64,000 nt of DNA from Hyphochytrium catenoides (taxonomy: Eukaryota; Protista; Hyphochytriomycota): positions 14,354-78,353 of the forward strand of contig FLMG01003832.1 in the NCBI GenBank assembly GCA_900088475.1, written 5' to 3'. Below are positions 1 to 11,229 of this stretch, piece after piece. The position numbers and the translations under genes are program-made. Below the pieces are notes generated by a model. That model saw nothing but the letters and a program-made list of their open reading frames with translations. It was not told the origin of the DNA and searched no databases. The first letter of the stretch is position 1. The number at the start of each line of letters is the position of its first letter.

Positions 1-1050
1 TGGTGGTGGTGGTGGAGTGGGAGATACCGTTGGCGCTGGGGTCGGCGCGGGCGTAGGTGGAGGAGGAGAAGCTCCAAAAGTGCTAGAAACTGCACCTGGG
101 ACCGTGCGTCTTCCTGTCATTGCGGTCTTCAACCAGCAGGTGCCGCCGTTATAATTGGTCCAGGTGTAGCCCTTGCATCCTGAGCTCATGGCACAGTCGG
201 CGCAACAAGCAGAGGCCTGAGACTGCTGCGTCGAGCGAAGATCATTGCCGAAATAATCAATGCCAATCTCTGCCGTGGAGCACTGTCCCGGATTTCTGCC
301 AAAGAATCTATCGACAATTGCCTTCCATTCTGTCTGAGAATAATAGAGCTTGGAGTCTCCCAGACACGCGCCAACGGTGCCCATTTGCTTACCGCGGCTC
401 CGGATAAGCGGGATAAAGTCATTGGCAGCTTCTACGGAGGAGAGATATGTATCATGTTGGAGAAAAATGCTATTTCCTGGGTCTCCAAGAGCTTTTGCAT
501 AGACATCGACGACGTGTTGCCGATTTCCCAGATTCTCAGGTCTCCAGTCATTGGTATCTGCAGCGTCAGAGCTCCAGTGGATCACTCTGAGGCCCAGACT
601 CTCAAGAGTGGCAATAGTTGCATCGCCGCAAGAGCCATACGGGCAGCGGAAGAAGCGCGGGCGCTTGTTCTCTCCCAAAATGGAGACAATCTTATCAGAG
701 TTCCGGATGATTTCATCGGCAATCTGATCTCTAGAAAGCGTCTCCAGATCTGCGTGAGAGTAGGTATGCATGGCAATGTGATGCCCGTCTGCGTCCATTT
801 GTCTGAGAGTCTGAGCTGCAGATGCAGATTCCAGCATATTCCCGACGGTGAAGAATGTTAACTTAGCGTTTTGATTCTTGAGAATTGTCAGAAGCGTTGG
901 CACGAATTCTGAAGGTCCGTCATCGTACGTTGGGGCGATGAAATTACTGAGGGAACAGTGGTCAATTCTGGCGCCATCGGCGGAGGAGAGGAAAGAGAAA
1001 GAAGAGAAAGAGAGAGAGAGAACGGCTGCGGCAGTGCTGGGGAACTTCAT
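1..1050 (-). CDS. Secreted polysaccharide/chitin deacetylase (CE4, NodB domain) + PAN/Apple domain + Pro/Thr linker; 3' end runs off the window
   Basis: Manual translation from ATG at 1050 is open to base 1. It starts MKFPSTAAAVLSLSFSSFSFLSSADG (signal-peptide-like). All five CE4 motifs occur in order: TYDDGP, HTYSH, RPRFFRCPYG, DTNDW, IFLQHD. These are followed by CSTAEIGIDYFGNDL...ACCADC...GCKGYTWTNYNGGTCWLK (PAN/Apple) and PPTPAPTPAPTVSPTPPPPP. Confidence 0.93.
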   Translation of the reverse strand, partial: MKFPSTAAAVLSLSFSSFSFLSSADGARIDHCSLSNFIAPTYDDGPSEFVPTLLTILKNQNAKLTFFTVGNMLESASAAQTLRQMDADGHHIAMHTYSHADLETLSRDQIADEIIRNSDKIVSILGENKRPRFFRCPYGSCGDATIATLESLGLRVIHWSSDAADTNDWRPENLGNRQHVVDVYAKALGDPGNSIFLQHDTYLSSVEAANDFIPLIRSRGKQMGTVGACLGDSKLYYSQTEWKAIVDRFFGRNPGQCSTAEIGIDYFGNDLRSTQQSQASACCADCAMSSGCKGYTWTNYNGGTCWLKTAMTGRRTVPGAVSSTFGASPPPPTPAPTPAPTVSPTPPPPP

Positions 1051-1149
1051 TGTCCTTTTCTTTGGGAGGAAAGAGAGAGAGAGAGAGAGAGGGAGTGTTG
1101 GCTAGGGGTTTTCCTTTTATAAAAAAAGTAGAGAGAGAGAGAAAATCTT

Positions 1150-1832
1150 CTCTTCTGGGATAGCGGGAAATGTTTGGAATGAGTGTTGAAGAGAGTGGGT
1201 GAGCGAGAGAGGAAAGGGGACCACGAGAGCTGAAAGTGAGACCAAACCACTTCTTGAAGGGAAAGAAGAGGGAGTGGAGGAAGGAGAGAGAGAGACAGAG
1301 AGAAAGAGAGAGAGAGAGAGAGCCAGTTGCTAGATCTGTAGGTACCTGGCCCCATCTGTGTACCTACACTAGCTGGAGAGATCAAGGGGCCACAGAAAGA
1401 GATGAGAGACAGAGAGAGAGAACGAGAGAGAGAACGAGAGAGAGAGAGAACGAGAGAGTGAGAGAGAGAGAGGAGAAAGAGGAAGGAGAACGATATCAAG
1501 GCACAGGCCATCAATATTAGCGATTAGTAGACAATATAGGGCCTTAGTGAGAGAAAGAGAAACCTGGCTAAGACGGGATAGAAAACGTATGGGAGAGAGA
1601 TAGACAGAAAGGGAACAAGAGGAAGAGAGAAAGAGAGAGAGAGAGAGAGCAAAAAAGCGACTAGGGGAAGAACGAAGAAGAATCATCCAAGACTGTTTAC
1701 TTATGATGTGGTCGCCATTTCTCTGCTCCGGCCCTCGGATATTTTGCTTCAACACTGTTCTGATGAGTCTGATGTGCATCCCAAGAGAGAGAAGAGACAT
1801 AACCAATATGATGAACCACCATAATGTCTCTT

Positions 1833-1865
<33 letters not shown>

Positions 1866-2100
1866 CATTGAGCGGGTACAGAGAGGAGAGAGAGAGAAAG
1901 AGAGAGAGAAAGTGGAAGACCGGAGAGGAAAAAGTGAGAGATACAAAACCTCGTTTGGACGGCTGACGCACCCGAGTATCTGATAAAGAACACAGAGACA
2001 AAGGGAGAGAGACCAAGCGAATGAGAGTGAGAGAGTGAGAGAAAGAGGGAGAGAGAGAGACAGTGAGAGAGAGAGAGAGAGAGAAACATTGTTATCCGAC
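1150..2100 (-). CDS. Possible spliced membrane-protein gene (exons unresolved)
   Basis: Non-repetitive islands between (CT)n tracts translate to TM-like peptide, e.g. ETLWWFIILVMSLLSLGMHIRLIRTVLKQ...SWMILLRS and KALYCLLIANIDGLCLDI. No complete model could be built. Confidence 0.3.
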
Positions 2101-3929
2101 CACGACATCTAGGAAAAAATGTTGGAGAGCCAGACCCCGCCTGGTCTTTTTGTTTCTTTTCCTTTGTGATTTTCTTAGGAACAGCTGCCTACTCTCTCTC
2201 CTTTCCTTCCATTCGGATCCGTTCTCGTTCTCTCTCTCTTGTTCTGTCTCTCTCTCTCTTCCCCTTTTTATCGGTTTTCCCCTCTCTCTTTCACTCTGTC
2301 TCCCTCTCTAGTGACGCTTTCTCAGACCTCCAGGTCTCTCTCTCTTTTTGGGCCACGCACCCCACTGATCTCAATAAATCTAGTCTCATCTCTTTATTAG
2401 TGTTTTGCCTATGCTTCGAGCACTCTGTCTCGGCGGCCTGGCCCCTTCCTCTCTTGTCGTCCCTCTTTTACCAAAGGGGAGTTTCAACAATATATCTCTT
2501 CCCTTGTGTCACTTTTGAATCAGTAGCTTGAACTCACTCTGTCTAAGGATTGAGCAGACCCCATACATTTTCTTACATCATATCTCCTTTGCTTTGACCT
2601 CTTATAATGACAGATTTATCTCACTCTACCTCGCAGTCTCTCTGTCTTGCAGTGTCGTAGGACTTTTGGTTAATATTTGGCTATGTTTTGCAGTATAAAA
2701 GGCAATCCCAATCTTTGTGACAAAGTTAAGCTAAGAAAGAGCGAAATGTTATCGGACGCAAGAGAGTTAATATCGGTTCTGAGTCAATGAACACAATTGT
2801 TTACTAGAAGCATTTCTAAATTCGCCTATCTTTTGGTTCAGCTTCGTATTACGAATCGTGTTTTGGGGCCAAAAGTTCTGTGCTTGCAACTGACCCCTTC
2901 TGGACACAGACTGGTCAGAATTAGTTTCAATAGAAGCCAAAAATATATTTCCACCTTCCTTTTCCAGCTTCGGTTGGTCGATCCTACGCAAAGAAACTTT
3001 CAAGCTAATTTTGAACGCTGAATTCTATCAACCATTTATTTTATAATAAATTACAACGATGATTCTTTTTTGGCTGGGCAAGGGTTTTGGCAATCAGCAA
3101 TCAGGAGCAGGGGATGTGCAAATTGAGCTGAGCTGAATAAACAAACAAAACGTGGAGCAGTGTTCTAATAACCATCATCATAAAATAGACCTTCTACATT
3201 TGTAAAACCCTCTTTTACTAATAAAACTTATCTAATTTCGGACAGTTCAGTAGCCGGACCCTACAGGCTGATCTGGTCTAGAGTTTGTACTTTCCTTCTA
3301 TCTGTGATAGTTTTGTCAATACTTTCTAAAAATTAATCAAGCTGAAAACCTTGCATAGACCCCTAATTTGGTATGCTCTATCGATTATTCACGAAGGCAC
3401 TTCGTTCTGTTTTGGCTTCCTTCCAGGTGATCTCGAAAGTTTCATTTTTTGAATCTTTCAAAGCTTTCATCCTGAGAGGTTGGAATTATGAACTTTGACA
3501 AAGTGCCCTCGTCAATCGCTTTTCCCCAAGGAGATTTGCCACTACTGTATGCCGAGTTCCATTTCGTTAGCTGCATTTTTGGGAAAGATAGAGGTGATAA
3601 GGTCTGAATATTTCACGTCTCTCTTATTACTGTACTGTAGAGTGTTTCTCTCTAGGCATTTTGAATTGGAACAGCAAATAGCAAAATATTACGAATCAGT
3701 CGAAACCTCACTTGATTGTAAATGGGGACAAGCTACATCCAAGATATTAGAGAGTTGTTCTTATGGTCTGTGTACTGTATTGGAGCGTTCGACATCACAC
3801 AGGGGCCGTGCTGTGGACGGAATATACAGCTTTTACACCAGATCAGCCTGTACTTACTTCTATTACCTATACTTTTCGTCTGGATCTGTCTCCCTCATAA
3901 AAAGCTCAAAAGATCATCAAAGAGCAGCA

Positions 3930-4550
3930 AGAGAGTAGAGCACGAGAGAGAGCAGAAGAGGAGGAGGGTGGAGAGAGAGACAGAAAGAGAGAGGAGGGGC
4001 AGGGGGGAGGGGAAGAGAGAGAGAGAGAAGGAAGAGAGAAAGGAGAGAGAGAGAAAGAAAGAGAGGAAGGAGAAGAAAGAGAAGAAGAGGAACAAGGAGA
4101 AAAAAGCGAAGAAGAAGAAGAAAAAGGAGAGGAGGATGAAAAAGAAGAAGAAAGAGAAGAATAAAAAGGAGAAGAAGGAGAAGAAGAAGAAGGAGAAGGA
4201 GAAGAAGGAGGAGGAGGAAAAGAAGAAGGAGAAGAAGAAGAAAAAGAGGAAGGAGAAGAAGGAGGAGAAGGAGGAGAAGAAGAAGAAGGAGGAGGAGAAA
4301 AAGAAGAAGGAAATGAAGGAGAAGAAGAAGAAAAGAAGAAGAAGGAGAAGAAGGAGAAAAAAAAAGAATGTAATGAAGGAGGAGGAGGAAAGAAATAGAA
4401 GGAGAAGAAGAAGAAAAAGAAGAAAAGGAATGAGACGAGAAGGAGAAGAGAAAAGAAAGAAGAAGGAGAAGGAGGAGGACAAGAAGATGAAGAAGAAGAA
4501 GAAGAAGAAGAAAAAGCAAAAAAAAGAAAAAGAAGGAGAAGAGCTAGAAG
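3930..4550. repeat. Purine-rich (GAA/GGA/GA)n low-complexity tract
   Basis: About 620 bp of almost pure A/G on the + strand. It produces spurious K/E-rich and F/S/L-rich ORFs. Confidence 0.95.
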
Positions 4551-5218
4551 AGACAAGCTACACGGTTCTGGACTCTTCGACACGCTCTTTTCTTGCATCA
4601 TAAGAGACTGAGGTGGAGAGAGAGAGAGAGAGAGAGAGAGAGNNNNNNNNNNNNNNNNNNNNNNNNNNNNNNNNNNNNNNNNNNNNNNNAGAAGATGCTC
4701 TGTCTGTTACCTTGGCCGGCCAGGCCTCAGTTCAGATTCTGCACCAGGCAGAGGAAGACTTCGCGGGAACATGCGCAGGTAACAAGGTGTCTTCTCCTTC
4801 AAGAAAGAAAGAAGTTCATTAACTGCCATTGAGAGATGAGGAAAGAGTCTTCTCTTTGAAGAAGAGAGAGTCAGTCTACCTGCTGGAGAAATGCAAAGAG
4901 AGAAACAGTGACCACCTGGCACGAGAAGAGGTGGAATCAACAAGCAATCCTAGGAAGAAGAACATGCAAAGAAGAAGAAGAAGAGAGCAGAAAGGAGAGA
5001 AAAAAAGAAAGACAGCCTCCGTCTTCATCGGAGCCATTCTTCGTTAACTCTTCGAGGTCAGGACAACTCGCCGTCCTGAGAAATACTCTCCAGAGAGACC
5101 AGAGGCCCGCATCATCCCAGACACCGGCCCAATCCTCATCCTGCGACGAACCAGATAATCGGTCTCAGGGCGTGCACATCTAACACAAGGACGAGTGGCC
5201 AAGGCCGCGCATGCTTGA

Positions 5219-5389
5219 CAGCAGCAGCAGCAGCAGCAGTAGCAGTAGCAGTAGCAGCAGTAGCAGCAGCAGCAGCAGGAGCAGCAGCAGCAGTAGCAGC
5301 AGCNNNNNNNNNNNNNNNNNNNNNNNNNNNNNNNNNNNNNNNNNNNNNNNNNNNNNNNNNNNNNNNNNNNNNNNNNNNCAGCAGCAGCA

Positions 5390-5441
<52 letters not shown>

Positions 5442-5445
5442 CAGC
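5219..5445. repeat. (CAG)n microsatellite with TAG variants, spanning an N gap
   Basis: Direct reading: cagcagcagtagcagtag... on both sides of the N run. Confidence 0.95.
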
Positions 5446-5468
5446 GAAAGCAGGTGGAATAAGGAATA

Positions 5469-6940
5469 TTAGTCTCCTTGGCGCGGTAGTAGGACGAGGC
5501 TGGACCTCCTGCCTCCGTCACCGTCAGATTTGCCTCCTTCTTTCTTGAGTGCTTGCGCGAAATCCTGCGTAGCCTTTAGACGGTCTCCTATCGCTCTGAT
5601 ATGCTCTATCTGTGGCTCTATCGCTGGAGCCATTCTGCTGAGTGGATTGTCCTCAACGGCGTTGACGAGAGCAAGAAAATGAGTGATTTCCTCTTCTTTG
5701 GCGGCTTGTATCTGCTTCACTTTCTGCTCAAAGGACTCTATCTCTGTAGGAGTGGGACGTTCTTCTCGTTGGTTTGAGGTGTCCCTGTGCAGCAGGGCCG
5801 TTCCCTCGTTGGCCACCGCCGCCAAAGGACGGTACAGATGATTGAACATCTTGACCATTCGAAGAGCTTGTAGCTCTGGCTCGCCCACTTTGCTTCGTGC
5901 TTCCTCCGCTGCCGCACGGCGCCCTCATCAGGAGATTGGATTCTTTCTCACCTACCGCCTCTGCTGTCAAGCGGGACAGGTCTCCAACATTATCTCTTTG
6001 TGGGTCTGTCTCGACTGCCGCTCGCTCGTTGTTGGTCCCGTGCCTTGCTTCTGGTAAGCGCTCTCCAGTATCTCTTTGCACTTCTGTCTCGACTGGCGCT
6101 CGCTCGTTGTTGGTCCCGTCCCTTGCTTCTGGTAAGCGCTCTTCAGTATCTCTTTGTGGGTCTGTCTCGACTGGCGCTTGCCCGTTGTTGGTCCCGTCCC
6201 TTGCTTCTGGTGGCCGCTCTCCGGTATCTCTTTGCAGTTCTGTCTCGACTGGCGCTTGCCTGTTGTTGGTCCCGTCCCGTGCTTCTGATAGCCGCTCTTC
6301 AGTATCTCTTTGCACTTCTGTCTCACTGCCGCTTGCCCGTTGTTGGTCCCGTCCCTTGCTTCTGGTAAGCGCTCTCCAGTATCTCTTTGCAGTTCTGTCT
6401 CGACTGCCGCTTGCCCGTTGTTGACCCCGTCCCTTGCTTCTGATGACCGCTCTTCAGTATCTCTTTGCAGTTCTGTCTCGACTGCCACTTGCTCGTTGTT
6501 GGTCCCGTCCCTTGCTTCTGGTAAGCGCTCTTCAGTATCTCTTTGCAGTTCTGTCTCGACTGGCGCTCGCTCGTTGTTGGTCCCGTCCCTTGCTTCTGGT
6601 AAGCGCTCTTCAGTATCTCTTTGCACTTCTGTCTCACTGCCGCTTGCCCGTTGTTGGTCCCGTCCCTTGCTTCTGATAGCCGCTCTTCAGTATCTCTTTG
6701 CAGTTCTGTCTCGACTGCCGCTTGCCCGTTGTTGACCCCGTCCCTTGCTTCTGGTAAGCGCTCTTCAGTATCTCTTTGCAGTTCTGTCTCGACTGGCGCT
6801 CGCTCGTTGTTGGTCCCGTCCCCTTGCTTCTGATGACTCTCCTGGCTTGTTTGGCCTTACACGGCCTCGTCGCAGACCCTGGCACCATCTCTTCATCAAG
6901 GTTTCACACCCAGATAGCGGTCCCTTCCCACGGCCTTGAA
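5469..6940 (-). pseudogene. Repeat-containing protein gene (26-aa acidic repeats + helical C-terminus), frameshifted in this assembly
   Basis: The repeat frame reads (QRDTEERLPEARDGTNNERAPVETEL)n. A plausible 43-nt intron (gtgaga...cggcag, ~5910-5952) joins it in phase to the C-terminal ORF EARSKVGEPELQALRMVKMFNHLY...ALKKEGGKSDG. 1-bp indels near 6324, 6635 and 6821 break the frame. Confidence 0.5.
5990..6832. repeat. 78-bp minisatellite, ~11 units
   Basis: Unit ...ctgtctcgactggcgctcgctcgttgttggtcccgtcccttgcttctggtaagcgctcttcagtatctctttgca... with a period of 78 bp. Two units are 77 bp. Confidence 0.97.
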
Positions 6941-7148
6941 CGTTACTTCGGACAGCTGCTGCTCTAGAAGACGAACGAAGACCAAGCGCAGGAACGACGA
7001 GAAGAGAAGAGAAAGAGATCATAAGAGCTGCACCGCGAAGCTCTACTAAGAGGTCCCATGTCATCTTCTACATCATTAATAAGCTTATTATCTATCCTTA
7101 GTACTGAGATCCTCTAAGTCTTTATAGGTCTTCCCAGAGGGAGGGAGG

Positions 7149-7179
<31 letters not shown>

Positions 7180-7232
7180 AGAGAGAGNNNNNNNNNNNNN
7201 NNNNNNNNNNNNNNNNNNNNNNNNNNNNNNNN

Positions 7233-7263
<31 letters not shown>

Positions 7264-8769
7264 AGAGGATGAGAAGATAGGAAAGCACCCTCAGAGATCC
7301 TATCTTCTTTCATCCTCCACCTCAGTCAGAAAGCCCCGTTCCTCTTATCGAGACCACGAGCTTAGAGCCACAACTCCTACCACTTGCTACCCTTTCCTGT
7401 CGGGCGGCCAAGGGCATAGATTGGCCTTTGATGCTACGACTCAGAAGAAGAAGAAGAGAGAGAGAAGAAGAAGAAGTAAATAAATGGAGGGAGGAGAAGA
7501 AGGAGAAGAAGAAGAGAGAGAAGAAGAGGAAGAAGACGAGACAAGAAAACGCTCTTTTATAACGCCTTGGTCGTCTCGTCCTCCTCCGCTCGATCTGCTC
7601 CACGCTTTTCATCAATGAAAGGAAGAGTCAGAGCTGATCACCTCAGTGATAATAATAAGAGGGAGAGAAGAAGGAAGAGGCGGCAAGCCAGAGAAGAAAG
7701 AAAGGTGCCAGCAGCTGCTCAAGAAGAGGAACACGCTTCAAAATCTGAAAGCGCATCTTTTTCCCATGAACCGCCATAGAGATTCTACCACTGTTTTTAC
7801 AAAGAAGACAGGAAAAACTGTACGATGACCAAGAAGAAGAGGAACAAGAGCGACAACTCGTCGTAGGCCAGAAAGAGAAAGAGAAAATAGAGGAGGGAAG
7901 AAAGCAGCGTGGCCGCCGAGAGATGATGATCAACAAGAAGCCGGAGCTGCGGGAAGAACTAGTAGACTACTGCTCCGTATAAAGAGGAATCATAGCACCT
8001 ACAACGACTAACAAAGGAAGAAGTAAACAAGAGAAAAAGCAAGAAGAAGCAGCAGCAGCAGGAGGAGAAGAAGAAGATGATGATGAAAGAGGAAAGAGAG
8101 AACGAAGAAGAAGAGGAGACAAGAAAAGCGCTAACAACGCCTTCGTCTTCCTCGTCGATCTCCTCAGCGATAAGAATAAGGGAAGAGAAGAAGAAGGAAG
8201 AGAAGATGAACCATCAGCCACAATGCCATCACCATCCAAGCTCGACCGCCGCAGCAGCAAGAAAACAAGCAAGAGAACGGTTCCAGCAGCTGCGCAAGAG
8301 GAGAACTCTTCAAATCTCTCTGAAGCGCATGTTCTTCATGATGAATCCCATAGAAAACTCTCGTGTGAAGGCGTAAAGCCTTGGCCAAGCAAGACCAACC
8401 AATTGACCAAGATGCCGAGAAGCATCATCGTCAAGAAGAGCAGCGCGGTCACACTGAAGCTTCAACAAGAAGATGATGTCTCACACAAGCAACAACGAAC
8501 GCCCGGCATGGCTTCCTTCTCTCCAAACGACTCACAAACGAGCGCGACAAACTGCAGCGCTACAGCCTTATAAAGAGCCTTTCTCTTTGCTTCTCTCGCG
8601 ACGGTTGAGCTTGTTGTTGGTGAGGACATGGCTGCTGCTGCCGTCCTCCTTCTTCTTCTCCGCTTATCATTTACTGAGGAAATCAACTATGACTCTTCTT
8701 TTTTTTTACACTGATGAGAAGCATGGAGCAGATTGAGCTGACGAGGAAGAGCCCAAGGCTTTTATAGGC

Positions 8770-9795
8770 TTTTCTTTTCTCATCTTTCTTCCTCTTTATT
8801 TCTTTCTCTTTTCCTTCTTCATCCTCTCTCTTTTCCTTCTTCATCCTCTCTTCTTCTTCTTCCTTCCTCTTATTTCTTTCTCTTTTCCTCCTTCATCTTT
8901 TCTCTTCTTCCTTCCTCTTCTTCCTTTCTCTTTTCCTCCTTCATCCTCTCTCTTCTTCTTCCTCTATTTCTTCTCTATTCCTTCTTCATCTTCTCTCTTC
9001 TTCCTTCCTCTTCTTCCTTTCTCTGTTCCTTCTTCATCTTGTCTCTTCTTCCTTCCTCTTATTTCTATCTCTTTTCCTCCTTCATCCTCTCTCTTCTTCC
9101 TTCCTCTTCTTCCTTTTTTTCTCTGTTCCTCCTTCATCTCCTCTCTTCTTCTTCCTCTTATTTCTTTCTCTTGTCCTCCTTCCTCTTCTCTCTTCTTCCT
9201 TCCTCTTCTTCCTTTCTCTTTTCCTTCTTCATCTTGTCTCTTCTTCCTTCCTCTTATTTCTTTCTCTTTTCCTCCTTCATCCTCTCTCTTCTTCCTTCCT
9301 CTTCTTCCTTTCTCTTTTCCTTCTTCATCTTGTCTCTTCTTCTTCCTCTTATTTCTTTCCTTTTCCTCCTTCATCTTCTCTCTTCTTCTTCCCCTTATTT
9401 CTTTCTCTTTTTCTCCTTCATCCTCTCTCTTCTTCTTCCTCTTATTTCTTTCTCTTTTCCTTCTTCATCCTCTCTCTCTTCTCCTTCCTCTTATTTCTTT
9501 CTCTTTTCCTTCTTCATCTCCTCTCTTCTTCTTCCTCTCTTTCTTTCTCTTTTCCTCGTTCATCATCTCTCTTCTTCTTCCTCTTATTTCTTTCTCTTTT
9601 CCTCCTTCATCTTCTCTCTTCTTCTTCCTCTCTTTCTTTCTCTTTTCCTCGTTCATCATCTCTCTTCTTCTTCCTCTTATTTCTTTCTCTTTTCCTCCTT
9701 TATCTTCTCTCTTCTTCCTTCCTCTTCTTCCTTTCTCTGTTCCTTCTTCATCTTCTTCCTCTTATTTTTTTTCTCTTCTTCTTCGTCTTCATCCT
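8770..9795. repeat. Pyrimidine-rich (CTT/CT) tract with recurring sub-units such as ttcctcttatttctttctcttttcctccttcatc
   Basis: About 1 kb of nearly pure C/T on the + strand with recurring blocks. Confidence 0.9.
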
Positions 9796-10962
9796 CAATA
9801 GTAGGATAGAGTTAAAGGCAAAATTAACTAGCTTCTTTTACTTCTAAGAAAAACCTCATAGAACGCCGTCATCAGCAATTTTTTTTTGATGGCAGGGCAA
9901 AGTTTACACCTTTTCTTTCTCTCTCTGTTTTTTGTGCATTAATTTGAGTGTTTTTTATTGTGTTTTTGTAGGATTTTTATTACTCAGTAGTAAGATAGTC
10001 TAAAAAGACACATAAACAGCCAATAAACAAGGGAAAGCGAAGCAGAGAGCAACAATGAAGAAAGAAAGAAAAAAAGGGAGAGAGAGAGACAGAGAGAGAG
10101 AGAAAGAGAGAGAATATGGCAATGGAGGAAGGATGAGATGAATAGAGCATAAGATAAGACAGGGGAATGGAGAAGGAAGACAGAAATAAAACGGCCAAGG
10201 AAGAGAGACACCAGGAGAAAGAAGAAACGGAAGAGAGAGAAAGAGGGAGAGTAAAAGAAAGAAAATAGAACAGAGCAGAGAAGTGAAAAATAATAAGGGA
10301 AGAAGACAGAGAACAGAGAAGAAGGAAGAGATCAATAAAGAATAAGGGAGAAAGAGAGACAGAAGAGAACTTAAGAAAGAGGGGAAGAAGGAAAACTGAA
10401 AAGAGAACTATCACTGGAGAAGCAGTGACTGAGAAAGAGAGGTGACGACAATGCATCAACGGTGAGACTGCGAAAAAAGAGAGAGAGAGGAGGAAAAAAA
10501 GAGGAGAGAGAGCAAGAGCAAGGAAAAGTGAAGGCGTGGCTTTATTAACATTTTGTTGGGGGAGAGGGAGAGAAACAGCGGAAAACAGAAAGAAAGAAAG
10601 AAGAGAGAAACAATAGAAGCAGCGGCATCATCCAAAGCAGGACAGACTGGAGATATCAAAAAGCTTTCAGTCTCATGACAGAGGAAGGAGAGAGAAGAAA
10701 CTTATTAGAATTAGGTGTTTAGGTGCGTGAGAGAGAGAGAGAGAGAAAGAGAGAGGGAGAAAGAGAGAGAGAAAGACAGAGAGAGAGAAATAGGGAATAT
10801 GTGTTGTTCCCTCTCCTGTTATTTTGTATGGACTCGCTATTACCCTCGCGTGGAGAGAGGGAGAGAGGAAGAAGGAAGAGAAAGAGAGGAAGAGAGCGAC
10901 ACAGGCTTTCCTCTTCTCACTTGTGGATCCTTGCAAGATTTTCTCGCTTACTCATTGTTGTT

Positions 10963-11189
10963 CTAGAGGCGGAGAGAGAGAGGAGACGGAGGCGGAGAAT
11001 GGAAGAGAGCCGTCATCTCTCTCTCTTCATCATAATATCGAGATTCTATGCGTAGTCCCCCAGGTTCAGCGGGAGAAAAGAAAGAGAAAGAAGAGGGAGA
11101 GAGAATGGCGTCTACCGACGCAGACAGGTCTGAATGTAGGCAATAGTGGTTCCGACCACAGATCTGCCAGGAGAAAGAGAGAAAAAGAA

Positions 11190-11229
<40 letters not shown>

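Noticed and set aside
120-861. + strand ORFs 120-407 and 385-861
   Set aside because: They are antisense shadows of the minus-strand CE4 gene.
3722-4603. 293-aa K/E-rich ORF and the overlapping antisense F/S/L ORFs
   Set aside because: These are translations of a pure purine tract that lacks stops by composition. The same applies to most S/L- and R/E-rich ORFs in the track.
5990-6832. Possible CRISPR array
   Set aside because: It is a contiguous 78-bp minisatellite without variable spacers.
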